DNA of 64,000 bases, taken from NCBI RefSeq assembly GCF_003918875.1, contig NW_025767123.1, positions 868,001 to 932,000 of the forward strand, written 5' to 3'. The position numbers and the translations under genes were made by a program. The number at the start of each line of letters is the position of its first letter. Within the stretch, counting starts at the first letter, position 1. This document shows positions 1-12,104 of the stretch, in pieces. This stretch comes from Haliotis rubra (taxonomy: Eukaryota). The notes under the pieces were generated by a model. That model saw nothing but the letters and a program-made list of their open reading frames with translations, was not told where the DNA came from and ran no database searches.

Positions 1-555
1 TAAGAAAAGATCTTCTGTCTCGAGATGTTATATGGGTAAGATACAATAAAATTAGCTTTCGAAAATAGTGGGAGTTTGGGACCGACTAGTTTATATTCCA
101 GAGAGGGGGCAAGTGTCGACAAACAACAACCAAACCAAACAGTTTCATAAGGTAAAGTTTCATTTGGTGGTAAGAAAAGATCTTCTGTCTCGAGATGTTA
201 TATGGGTAAGATACAATAAAATTAGCTTTCGAAAATAGTGGGAGTTTGGGACCGACTAGTTTATATTCCAGAGAGGGGGCAAGTGTCGACAATATATTCC
301 AGAGAGGGGGCAAGTGTCGACAATATGTGCTCGGATCTGCACGGTGGCACCTGCACTTTTAAACGACAAAATACGAAATTTGCAAGTCTTGCGGACAATT
401 TCTTTTCTTATACAACAGGAGCACAAAAATCTTTTCAATTTACTTCTGGAGAATATTTTCGGAAAATTCAGCAGCATATTAGTTGTGAATGGGTCTTGAT
501 ATTTTTTTTTAATATACAGTGCATCACATAGGCGGATCCAGAAATTTTCAAAGCC

Positions 556-598
556 GTGTGTGTGTGTGTGTGTGTGTGAGTGTGTGTGTGTGTGTGTG
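556..598. repeat. (TG)n microsatellite
   Basis: Direct read. Shorter homologue at 41471-41486. Confidence 0.95.
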
Positions 599-645
599 TT
601 TCAAGGTTTTTTTGCCATTGCAAAACATTAACTTCAATGTGGTCT

Positions 646-2831
646 TTAGTCATTTTCAAAGCCTCCAATCAGGTTAAAGCGGTCTCCGAAAACGCCATCC
701 CCAGTGAACCCCGACACCGACAGCCGATACTCCGTGGCCTCGTCACCCACGGAGAAGGTGTTGTAAGATACTTGTCCGGGAGTGCTATCAAAATTCTTCA
801 ACGATATGTACAGCAAGTAAGCTCTGACGCTGGTCAGAGCATGCATCTTCTCCAGACCCAGCCACATGTAACAGTTGGAGTGGGTGAAACCAGACTTGTA
901 GTCGGCCCAGGGAACGTCGAGGTACGTCACGGGCTCAGCCTCACATCCACTGATGGTTTTGTCCCTGAACATGATCATGGCGGTGACTCCTTGACATTCC
1001 AAGTCAAACGGTTGTGCGGCTTTGGTCGGCCAGACAGTGTAGGTGCCAGTAGAATTACCAACGTACAGGGAAACGTCTGTACAGTCTGAAACAGTGACAT
1101 GATGACTGTCAAACACAGGTCAGTGATGGACAATGATGGACAAGAGCAATGAAGGAATCAACCAAGAACATCAATGTGTTAGTGACGTGACTGACCTAGA
1201 TGCATGTACAGTGACAACCTGAGAGTCGAAACCCACCGTCACAGGTTTCCTTCATGCCAAATGGACGCAGTTTCTATCTGGCGTTACCGAAGGAAAGTGA
1301 TATTCTTAACATGAACTCTTTCATCTTTTGCTTCGGTGAGGAGATCGTCATATAACTGAAGATTTACCTTCTATCCTGGTCTCACATATCCCTCCTGTAA
1401 AGGCAGGCAGACAGAGACAGGCATCAGCATCAAGGGTTCCTCCATTCTGGCAAGATGGCGAGGTCTAAAACAAAATAGGTGTTCAATGTAATAAAAAATA
1501 TAAAATATAGAAAGGAAAGCTTAACTGGAGGTTACAAGGTGAAGCGCTTGGGTAAGAGGCATAAGGACGAGTGTATTTCTTAAAAATGGATCTTCCACTA
1601 TATTTTGTATTGCAATATAGAAAAACTATTTATGTCGCCATTTGTGAATGCAACCTATCCACGATTACTCTTGTTTATTTTGGGTTTAAAGAAAAATGTA
1701 ACAATGAGCTAAATCATTTTTTAACATCAGGGGCGTTTAAGGTAGTGTGGTGCTTAAAGTGTTCGTTCGTCAAGCCGCCTCAAGATTCCCAACATGGGTC
1801 CAATATGTGAAGCTATAAGGATAGTTTAAGGATATATTATGTTCTTGTCACGATATTGGCGAAATACTTTATATTGTACTTCACTTACTCTCTGGAGGGA
1901 GGAGACCCAAAAATTGGTCTTCACACATCGTACCAATGCGGAGAGTCGAACCCGGGTCTTCGGCGTGACGAGCGAACGCTTTAACCACTGGGCTACCCCT
2001 GCAGCCCCCAACTCAGTGGAATGGCTTCAAGTTTCCAAAAGTTAACTGTCCCTTCATGTGGAGTAATATTCCACCAGTTCCAGATTTTGGTGTTCACATT
2101 TCTCAACTTTTTGAGGTACAGTCAGACATGCTCGTTGGATCACCATGTCAAAGAGCATCATTCGACTCTTGCTCAGAAGTTGTCTCATCAAGGTTAGGAC
2201 ACAAAATGCATGAGTTTTTATTGTAGACATGTGGCAGAAATTTCAAAATCTGGCACATCAGTGACAAAAGATGATCTCCGATGCAATTCCTTATTTTGAC
2301 TTTTACCCAACAGTCCCGATATTCTCAGGTGAACAATTTACTTGCCTATGTTTATGACACTGGTGGGGCAGGATACGCTAAGATCTGGTATCATCACTGT
2401 TTTTGTGCTGATTCATAATACATTCTCAAGACACAGATAGAATTGTACAATAGATTTCTTTTAGATGTGGAAAGGTGTCGCTCATATGCTTTGAATATAT
2501 TCAAATTAGAACTCACCTGACTGGAAGTGGGGAACTCAGTGAAAACCTTGCAGGTAAGGTTGGGAACACTGACAGGAACGACACGCTGCTCCATTGTCAA
2601 GACGGAGCATTTGTTGTCGTCGTTGCAGTAGATGAGACCGGTGCAGTTGGTGACGCCGTTGCAGGTGTTGGCACATTCGAGAGCCGAGGTTGTCTCTACG
2701 TAGTCGAAGACCATTGTTGCATCAATATGTGTCTGTTCTTCCTTGGAAAACCGCTGTGCAGAACACTGAGGTGAGCAGTTGACATTCACTGCTGTATAAA
2801 CAGTTACAAGCAAGAGTTGAAAACAAATCAT
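646..2831 (-). pseudogene. PAN/apple-EGF-fibrinogen-related gene copy A1, 3'-truncated in exon 3
   Basis: Exon 1 2831-2517 (MICFQ...SSQ|GTGAGT), exon 2 1464-1368 (TSPSCQNGGTLDADACLCLPAFTGGICETRIE, AG/GT ends), exon 3 from 1085 (DCTDVSLY...). Homology to paralogues stops at ~671 (GDRFNL), followed by unrelated IGGFEND* (stop 646-648). The FReD C-terminal part is missing relative to 41871-44091. Confidence 0.8.
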
Positions 2832-3574
2832 ATTTTGATTGCAGTGTAAGAAGAAGTTTCAAGATCGGCTCCAACAACCGTACCACTGTGATATGTGTGA
2901 CAGATCACCTGACTGTTTCCCTGGATGTCTGTGTTTGACTTTAACTATAACTGTGTTTGACCATTACCATGACTTCATGATATATCTGTATCCATAAAAT
3001 GAAAGTTTCCTTTTGTCTGACAGCATGGCACGCAATACTCAATTAAACGTGGTGATTCTTAATTCTACCTTATCTCAAAGAAGAACAAAACTAAGATCAG
3101 ATAATGATATTTAATTAAAGATATAGATTTTTTTCATTTTTTAACATTTGTTGTATACGCTGAGCATATTGACACTTCGTCACATTCACACTTGGGGTGA
3201 AAATATTGTTCTGCTTCAACACCTATTTTATTCCAACACAATTGTCTCTAAGTCATTAAGCGAAATTCGCGATATGGGTTTCGTTTGGATTCAAATCCCC
3301 ACAATGAAACGGTATATTTACACATTCTACACAGGGATTCAATGAGCTTTCAATTATTGGATGACTATTACTGACTTGTCTGAGGATCGTTCCTGCACAC
3401 TGTATAGCCTCGGGGTGCTAGTGTGAAGCAAAGAACTCTTGAAATACACAAAGATCGGTGGTCAACTTTGTATTTAATTGAAGAAACTTTAGGTCTAATT
3501 GTGTATCTTAGTAAACAAAACGAAGGTGAAATCTGTTTACTCATAAAATATACTGTCAATACAAACCCAAGTTT

Positions 3575-4400
3575 GAGCTACATACTGCCCTTGAGCAAGT
3601 TCATGATACAGCAACAGGGGCTGATGATAATCACTATCAGCTCCGAAAGCATTTGCCTGATTCATATCTGGAAACACTTCTAGATATGTTTGAAAAAATA
3701 TGGACATCAGAGAATTTTTCGCCCTCGTGGCGTAATGCCATTGTGGTCCCTATATCAAAACGTGGCCAAGATCATACTGATCCTTCTAATAACAGACCAA
3801 TATCTATAAAACCATGGAACGAGTGGTTAATAATAGATTATTTTGTACTTGGAAACCAATAACTTAATGAATAATATACAAAGTGGTTTCCGATGTAACA
3901 ATGATCATATGCCAGGTTAGAATCCTTTGTTAAAAATGCCATAGTATCTAAACAACATGTTCTCTCAATTTTCTTCGATCTTGAAAAAGCCTACGATACC
4001 ACTTGGAAGCACGGTATTCTGAAGGATGTACATGATATTGGTTTGAGAGCTCGTTTACCTCATTTTATCTCCAAATTTGTAACAGACAGGCATTTTCGCC
4101 CTGGGTCCACCCTGTCTGATCATTACAGTCAGGATCAGGGTGTTCAACAATTTGCCAGTATTTTGTCTTTCAGAGGTTTTAACTGATTCAGTTGATGGAT
4201 CACTTTTCGTGGATGATTATAATGTTTTTTGTCGTGGTGACAATAAATTTCTCAAATGGTCAATTGAAAATGGTTATAAATTTTCTAAATCAAATACAAA
4301 TTGTTATATCTGCATAAGGACCTAGAACTATTTTTAAATGGCACTCCCATCCAAGTTGTAAAGGAGGCCAATTCTTGCGACTTATCTTTGACTCTCATTT
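3575..4400 (+). mobile_element. Decayed non-LTR retrotransposon RT fragment (I/Nimb-like)
   Basis: WRNAIVVPISKRGQDHTDPSNNRPIS, QSGFR, FFDLEKAYDTTWKHGI, SLFVDDY in broken frames. Confidence 0.8.
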
Positions 4401-4863
4401 GATTGAGTGAGTGAGTTTAGTTTTACGCCGCACTCAGCACTATTACGGCTACATGGCGGCGGTCTGTAAATAATGCAGGTGTGCGAGGAAGGATGGAGAC
4501 GGCACAGCACAGGTAAATGAATCTATAACTTTGTCGGCACTTGCGCATCAGCATTGTGGGATGTCAAGGTCATTGGTGTCAAGGACACAGTATGATAACA
4601 ACAGCGAAGGAGACGTGTTTGATTGAGTGACTTGTCACGGTTTTACCTTTCTGCATAAAAGACAGACGTTGTGTGTACATATGTCACGGGGAACGTAATG
4701 TTCCATCACGTCAGCTACAGCCACAGAACCTCCAACAGCTGGTACATGCACTGCAGGGAGAATGTGTGAACATTCACCAGGCCACAATTCGCAATCTGAT
4801 TGGGTCATAGGGGCGACGATGCCAGTCAGTTCTCTACTCTTATGGGGGGACATACAAGATACT

Positions 4864-5019
4864 GAGTTTGGATTTACGCCGCTTTTAGCAATATTCCAGC
4901 AACATCACGGCGGGGCACACCAGAAATGGGCTTCACACATTGTACCCATGTGGGGATTCGAACCCGGGTCTTCGGTGTGACGAGCCAACGCTTTAACCAT
5001 TAGGCTGCCCTACCGCCCC
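4864..5019 (-). mobile_element. tRNA-derived SINE (family 1)
   Basis: Reverse complement has A-box TAATGGTTAAAGCG and B-box GGGTTCGAATCCC, plus the shared 3' GCTGGAATATTGCTAAAAGCGGCGTAA. Confidence 0.8.
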
Positions 5020-5534
5020 TGAAATTTAAACAATGTATTATTTATATTATACATAAAGTATACATCTGAAAACTAGTTTTGCGTTTATTTGTTTCTTCTT
5101 TCTTGGCAGACTATATTCCCTATTGAGAGCAGGTGACATAGCCATCAGGATATCTACATTTTGATTAGGACTGAGAACTCAGGGTGCACGTTCAGATATA
5201 CTACTGAAGGCTTAAATTTAACTACAGTTTTCATAATTGAAAGAGGTTAACATAATGACATAACATAATTTACATAAGTAGCAACAACAGAAGAATAGCA
5301 TTGCAACAACGTGATGGACAGGGTCCACATGATGAGGAGGCAAATCAAATGGGACTAATCATACAAGCGTGAGATGGAGCGATTCACTCAGGGGGAAGCA
5401 GACATGACTTAACAGACAGCGAATTCCACACACTCTGAATAGCAATGTCAATGCATCACAACTGAAATTATCCCAAGACTCCAAAACATCCAAGTCATAC
5501 TGAAGGTGGCCAAAGACGGTATTATAGACATTGT

Positions 5535-5540
5535 TTTATT
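5535..5540 (-). other. Candidate polyadenylation signal AATAAA for B1 (47144-47149 for B2)
   Basis: First AATAAA I found on the minus strand after the stop codon, lying beyond the short 44-bp array. Confidence 0.4.
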
Positions 5541-5574
5541 TTAGTTTTAATAAACCTCAGTGCTGTACATTCCC

Positions 5575-5725
5575 TTGCAAAAGTACCGCACATGTATAGT
5601 GCATATGTCGTGAAAGTTGTGTACGAGGACGGTACATGTATAGTGCATGTGTCATGAAAGTTATATGCCAGTACCGTACATGCATAGCTCATATGTCGTG
5701 AAGGCTATGTGCAAATGCCGTTTAC
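5575..5725. repeat. 44-bp minisatellite, short array (~3 units) downstream of B1
   Basis: Degenerate units of GTGTCGTGAAGGTTATGTGCAAGTACCGTGCATGTATAGTGAAT. Confidence 0.8.
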
Positions 5726-5752
5726 ATATCGTTAACCATTAGGGAGTCAGTG

Positions 5753-8721
5753 TTAGGCAGGATATATGAACATGTAGATGCTTTTGCATTCGGAAGGGGT
5801 GCCATCAGCAAGAATCCAATAAATGTCATATCGTTGGTGAGGATTCGTCTGACAGACATCCAACCTGTTCCACCAGGCTCCACGATGCCACTCAGCACAA
5901 GGGTTGACTGAGTTGTTGCAGTGATCCTTGGCACAGAAGTGACTACCATCCAGGGTTGACGCTGGATCCCCGAGGTTGAAGCGGTCTCCGAAAACGCCAT
6001 CCCCGGTGAACCCGGACACCGACAGCTGATACTCCGAAGCCTCGTCACCGACGGAGAAGGTGTTGTAAGCTACTTGTCCGGGAGTGTTATCAAATCTCTT
6101 CAGTGACATGTACAGCGAGTAAGATCTGACGCTGGTCAGAGCATGCATCTTCTCCAGACCCAGCCACATGTAACAGTTGGAGTGGGTGAAGCCAGACTTG
6201 TAGTCGGCCCAGGGAACGTCGAGGTACGTCACGGGCGCCGCCTCGCAGCCACTGATAGTTTTGTCCCTGAACATGATCATAGTAGTGACGCCTTGACATT
6301 CCAAGTCAAACGGTTGTGCGGCTTTGTTCGGCCAGACTGTGTAGGTTCCAGTAGAGTTACCAACGTACAGGGACACGTCTTTACAGTCTGAAACAGTAAA
6401 ACATTGACTCTCAAACATAGGACAATGGTGGACAAAAGCAAAAGTGTCATATATCAAGGGCATCAATGTGTTAGTGAGTTGGACATAAACCAACTTTGTA
6501 CAATATTCGAATTGGTTAAAACATAGACATGTTATGAATGAACTGTGACCCATCATACGAAGTAAGAGAGTCAACCCATTTTGAGCAGCATCGTCTATTA
6601 GCTTGACGACGAAACACTTTGGTGAAATTCATGAGCTTGGTTGGTGCCGACTGACCTGGAAGCATGTACAGTGACAACCTGAGGTTCGAACCCACCATCA
6701 CTGGTGTTTCTCGCGCCTAACTGACGCAACTTCTTTATGGCGGTACTGATGGAAGGTGATATTCTTAACAGGAATTCTTTAGGGATTCATCTTTTGCTTC
6801 CTTGCAGAGATCTTCACGATTGGTGAGTCCGGTTACACATACAAATGAAACTTCTGGGAAATGACCCTTACAAAACAGGATCACATAAATATGTCACGAT
6901 GCCAAAATATTCCAAATCTGTAACTGAAGGTTTACCTTCCATCCTGGTCTCACACTTCCCTCCTGTAAAGGCAGGCAGACAGAGACAGACAGCACCATCA
7001 AGGGTTCCTCCATTCTGGCATGATGGCGAAGTCTGAAACAAAACAGGTGCTGTTGGTTTTTCTCTAGTTCAAAACAAACAAAGGAAAGCTATACCAGATG
7101 TTTGCAGGTGGAAAACACTTTAAAGGAAGAACAACTGGCAGGTTTCTTTAAAATGCGATTTCCAATAGCTTACAATGCTGGCTTGTTATGCCGAAAGGTA
7201 CGGGTTCGATTCCCCTTATGGATATAATGTCTGAAGCCCATTTCTGGGGTTCCCCACAGTCAGATTCCTTTATTGCTCAAAACAAACATAGGAAAGCCAT
7301 ACCAGATGTTTGCACGGGGAAAACACTCAGAGGACTGACTGACTGACTGAGTTTGGTTTTTCGCCGCTTTTAGCAATATTCCAGCAATATCACGGCGGGG
7401 GACACCAGAAATGGTCTTCACTCATTGTACCCTTTTGGGATTCGAACCCAGGTCTTCGGCGTGACGAGCCAACGCTTTAACCACTAGACTACCCCACCGC
7501 CCCAACACTCAGAGGAAGAACAACTGACAGGTTTCTTCAAAATGCGATTTCCAATAGCTTACAGTGCTTGCTTGTTATGCCGAAAGGTACGGGTTCGATT
7601 CCCCTTATGGATATAATGTCTGAAGCCCATTTCTGGGGTTCCCCACAGTCAGATTCCTTTATTGCTGAAGGCGGAGTAAAACCAAACTCGTTTGCCCATT
7701 TTAACTTTACCCCAAAGAAAACAACGCAGTTACTACACATTTCTGGATTTCTCATATCAGTTGTAAAGACAAAATATGATATAATCTAGTTTATACAAGT
7801 TTTATATACAGTCTCTATGTGGAACTCGAACCAATATAAGTCTTTGTTATTTCAAAGAAGATATGATCTATGTACCTACAATTATACGTGCAACCTATCC
7901 ACTCAAAGTATTTGTTATGTCCTGTTAAGGAAAAGTGTCACAAGACTTGAGTATTTACACAAGCGGAATTCAATCAAGACAAACATGGATTTTCAACCTA
8001 AGAGGTGTTGGGGTAGCCTTGTGGTTACAGTGCTTCCTTGTTATGCCAGAAGGTACGGGTTCGATTCCCCTTTGGATATAATGTCTGAAGCCCATTTCTG
8101 GGGTTCCCCACAGTCAGATTCCTTCCAAACTCGTTTGCCCATTTTAACGTTACCCAAAAGAAAACAACAACGAATACTACACATTTCAGGATTTACAGTC
8201 TCATATTAGTTGTACACACAAAACATGACGTTATGTCAAACTCGTTAGGAAACGGGAATTTCACACGCTCAATTTGACAGAGTAGAAATCATGATGCGTT
8301 TTAGAGGGAGATGTCTGAAGCCAGTCATTGTATCTTTCATATTTAATTCTTTAATATCTTTAATTGATTTACAATTATCTCCCCTGAATATATTCAAATT
8401 TGAACTCACCTGACTGGAGGTCGTGACCTCTAAGAATGCCTTGCAGGTCGGGTAGGGAACGCTGACAGGAACGGAAGGCTGATCCAATGTCAACATGGAG
8501 CATCTGTTGTCGATGTTGCAGTAAATGAAACCGGTGCAGTTGGCGACGCCTTTGCAGGTGATGGCACATTGAGGGACTGACGTCGTCTGTATGTAGTCGA
8601 AAACCATTGCTGCGTCAACACCTGTCTGTACCTCCTGGTAAAAACTCGAAACGGTACATTGTGCACAAAGGATTGCAGTCAATCCTGCAAAACTAGTAAG
8701 TAAAAGGTGATACGATTTCAT
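5753..8721 (-). CDS. Secreted PAN/apple-EGF-fibrinogen C-terminal domain protein, copy B1 (347 aa, intact)
   Basis: Exons 8721-8410 (312 nt, phase 0), 7032-6936 (97 nt, TSPSCQNGGTLDGAVCLCLPAFTGGKCETRME) and 6387-5753 (635 nt) total 1044 nt in frame with canonical GT-AG. Hydrophobic signal peptide, CxxxC PAN pattern, FReD motifs WADYKSGF, WLGLEKMHALT, FSVGDEASEYQLSV, CAEWHRGAWW. Confidence 0.88.
7335..7503 (-). mobile_element. tRNA-derived SINE (family 1) with 13-bp TSD
   Basis: TSD AACACTCAGAGGA at 7322-7334 and 7504-7516. Empty site in B2 at ~48722. Confidence 0.88.
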
Positions 8722-8784
8722 AATTTCCTTCGTGAGATACTTATAGAAGTCTTTCAGTCCGAGCTACTTTCCTTCGACTGTCGC

Positions 8785-8865
8785 AGTGTGATGTGTGACA
8801 GAACTACTCTTGTCCCCCACGCTGTCTGTGTTTGGCCGTTACCATGACTACATTATATATCTGAC
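8785..8865 (-). promoter_or_regulatory. Conserved proximal upstream block (TATA-like) shared by A, B and C genes
   Basis: Plus-strand TTACCATGACTACAT(T/G)ATA(T/C)ATCT and TGTGAT..GTGACA motifs recur ~65-160 nt upstream of all six start codons (~2887-2990, 17443-17516, 44147-44247, 50117-50188, 59808-59881), although more distal flanks differ between A and B/C. Confidence 0.45.
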
Positions 8866-9674
8866 CACATGGCGAGGGTTGCATTGTGGTTCCACCTTCT
8901 TCATAATGATATGATAGAATGGTTGTTGACTTGTTTTGAGAGTATAGAGTTAATTATGTGGATTTAAGATACATTGCATATTGACTCATATTCATAATCC
9001 TCACTTTTGTCATTAAGTATGTAAGAATTCCCGTTCATATACAATAACGTTATTGTCCTTTCGTGTCATTAAAAGATATAAGCGACTAGTGTCTTAGTAT
9101 GACAGAGGTTAGATGACCTTTACACTGTGAGTTTTAACTACTATATTTCCCCGTTCAAACCTCGGGATCACAATTAAACGCCTGTATTCTTCCTGGCACA
9201 AATTTCGCCAATTTTATTCTTGCGATTACACACCTACAGTCTGGATTAAGTACTGGGGCCGGGACTCGTTAAACGTAGGTACTTTTGGCCACGAAATTCC
9301 TCTCGTTATTATTCTTGCAATGCTCCCTGGAGTTACGAGGAAATACGGAAGCATTCCATTGGTCAATGGATATTTGTAGCCTTATGTGTTGAAACTGTTA
9401 GTGTACGTATTCAAACATACTAAGAGTCCTTGTATGACACAAATACTTCAAGACGATTAAGTCGTTTGTATATATTGAATTTGAGAAAACCTTTCTCTGG
9501 TTTTGTTTCAAAGTCAGTTACGACAACATAATGCATGTGCATTCACCATAATCAAACATAATGACATGATACCAATACTTATTCCTGTTTCGGGCTAATA
9601 TTATATCATTAATGATGTGTTAATTAGTCACTTCAAAACTGATTTGCGTTTTGCGAAAGACTGTTCCTTTGACT

Positions 9675-10060
9675 GCCTCTACAAGAACAGTACTCTACAA
9701 GTCCCTCCCTTATCTAACGGAATTCTACAAATTCCCATTCTTATCTAACGGTACTCTACCACTTTCATCTAACAGTACTCCACAAGTTCCACCCTTATCA
9801 AACGGAACTCTACTCCCACCTTCATCCAACAGTTCCCAAGTTCTCACCCTTATCTAATGGTACTCTACAAGTTCCCAGCCTTATCTAATGGTACTCTACC
9901 AGTTCCCACCTTCATCTAACAGTACTCTACAAGTTCCCTTATTCCCGTATCTAACGGTGGTGCGACTCTATAAGTTTCCATCCTTGTCTAATGGTACTCT
10001 ATAAGTTTCCACCTTCATCTAACGGAATTCTGCAGGTTTCCCACTCTTATCTATCAGTAT
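9675..10060. repeat. 31-bp minisatellite upstream of B1
   Basis: Units of CTCTACAAGTTCCCACCCTTATCTAACGGTA. Confidence 0.88.
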
Positions 10061-10636
10061 GTTCCTTCCATCAATTTAACACTTCAGTTACCTTTCACAT
10101 TCATATGTGTTATTTATTTTACGGTGTGTAAAATATTGTTTTATCAACTTGTCTGCCACCCCACGGACGTAAAACAGACTGGTGACCGTCGATCCATGTT
10201 ATCAATATCGGTATTTACTGTGGTTTTAATGTAGCGAATTATTGATTCATTTGTGGAGCTGGAACAAGCCGCTAATGACTTGCGAGCTATAAACTGTTGT
10301 CAACTGAGGTAAGCCGAACGGAACAATCTCGCAATTTCAACCTCTGGAAACGAGCGAAATGTACTTAAAGTGCGAGAATGCGTGATCGCAAGAAATACCA
10401 CACAATCGTTTAGTTTATATCAAACACAGCAAGAGTTGGCAAAGAGATTGTTTTACCTACAACTTTGTAAACATGAACATAAAATACCGTGAATTAATAT
10501 GTATATGCCATGATGCATTGGTAATTTGCTGTAATACTCCTGGTTACATGCAGTTTGCTTCACCATACGGGAGAGTTGATACATAATGCAGCAACCAATC
10601 GAAAATAATATACTTGTAAGAGATTACTGAAAAAAC

Positions 10637-10796
10637 GGGGTAGTCTAGTGGTTAAAGAGTTCGCTTGTCACGCCGAAGACCCGGGTTCGATTCCCCATAT
10701 GGGTACAATGTGTGAAGCCAATTTCTGGTGTCCACGGCGGGATATTGCTGGAATATTGCTACAAGCGGCGTCAAACTAAAATCACTCACTCACTCA
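10637..10796 (+). mobile_element. tRNA-derived SINE (family 1)
   Basis: GGGGTAGTCTAGTGGTTAAAG...CCGGGTTCGATTCCC...(CACT)n tail. Duplicate at 53183-53342, degraded copies at ~1738-1815, ~1905-2010 and ~25081-25235. Confidence 0.82.
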
Positions 10797-12104
10797 ACAG
10801 TTCTTTTGTCATATGGCGGCGGTCTTTAAACAACGACGTCTTGACCAGACAACAACGTTCTCGATGACAAAGTCAGGCCAAGTATCCATATAACTAAACA
10901 CTGAGTGAGAATGAAAGTGATGAGAAATGTACCTATGACCTGTGATCGTATCTAGTCACTAATATGCAGTATGTCTTGTCTCAATCATAGCTGTGTCTAT
11001 AATGAATCAGAACACAGATTTCATTAGGATGTCTTCAGCAACCCATGCTTGTCGTAAGAGGCGACGAACGGGATCAGGTGGTCAGGCTCGCTTGGTTGAC
11101 TCACTGCATGTCATCGTATCCCAATTAGGTAGATCAATGCTCGTGCTGTTGATCGCTGGAATCCCCGGTCCAGACTCGATTATTTACAGACCGCTGCCAT
11201 AGCTGAGTGCGGCGTTAAACAACAACCAAATCAAAACAATGGGATGGCTTTTGAAACAACAAGCACGGGTACATATTTAATACATTTAAGCGGTTATAGC
11301 ATATCCATGTCCGAATACATTGAAGACATAGTCAAACAATCAGGGCATCAAAGATAATCTGGTATAATAAACTGGACAATATTTTGCACATAAAAGTGAA
11401 CGTTCAATTCTGACAATGTGTAACAGAAAATGTTTTCAAAAGAATCTACTAAAAGTAAATAAATAAACAAAACCTGGATCTGTGGCTTTTGTGTAATATT
11501 ACCAAAACTGTGAGGTGAGTGAATTTTATTCATGGCCGCTTAACAGAATGTCGTCAGGTGAAACCTGAACTTGACATGAAAAATGGCGCTGTTTAATGAC
11601 AGAATGTTGAACTGAGGAATCTGGGCGTGGTACACAAGTATGCTGCCGGTGACAGTTTAAATTGAATTACGGCTTACATACTTCAAAGAGGTTAATATAA
11701 CTGTGTTAACAACAGCAGGAGGATAATATTGCAACAACATATAAGACAGGTGTCTCGTGATGAGAAAACCAATTAAATAGGACTAAACATACATCCGAAC
11801 ACTTACGTAGACATGACTTCGAGGGCACAAGCTCCGAAAGCAACACATTCCAACTGAAACAAGCCCAAAGACTACAAAACATCCAAGTCATACTGAAGGT
11901 GGCTAAAGACGATATTGCAGACATTGTCTTATTATGGGATTTGAGTTTTAATTTACTTCTTTGCTGTAAATTCCCTTTCAGAACACATCTTGGTCTGAAT
12001 GTCCTTCTTGTGAATTTTCTTTTTCTGGCACAGTTTATGAACTGTGAAGTTTATGTAGATGTTCCATGCATTTATAGCATATATCTCGTGAAATTTATGT
12101 AATT

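Noticed and set aside
580-1089. Plus-strand ORFs over exon 3 (also 6143-6391, 56159-56629)
   Set aside because: Antisense shadows of the FReD exon, variable in length between copies.
4475-4860. GC-richer stretch with exon-like look (duplicated at 46075-46440)
   Set aside because: Indels between the two copies break the frames and no motif is recognisable.
6388-6574. N-terminal extensions of FReD ORFs (273/274/166 aa ORF-track starts)
   Set aside because: They lie upstream of the conserved TTTCAG acceptor, differ between paralogue types and are intronic.
10637-10715. tRNA gene (Asp-like) candidates
   Set aside because: The A/B-box heads continue into a shared SINE body and (CACT)n tail, one copy has a TSD, and the acceptor stem is not intact.
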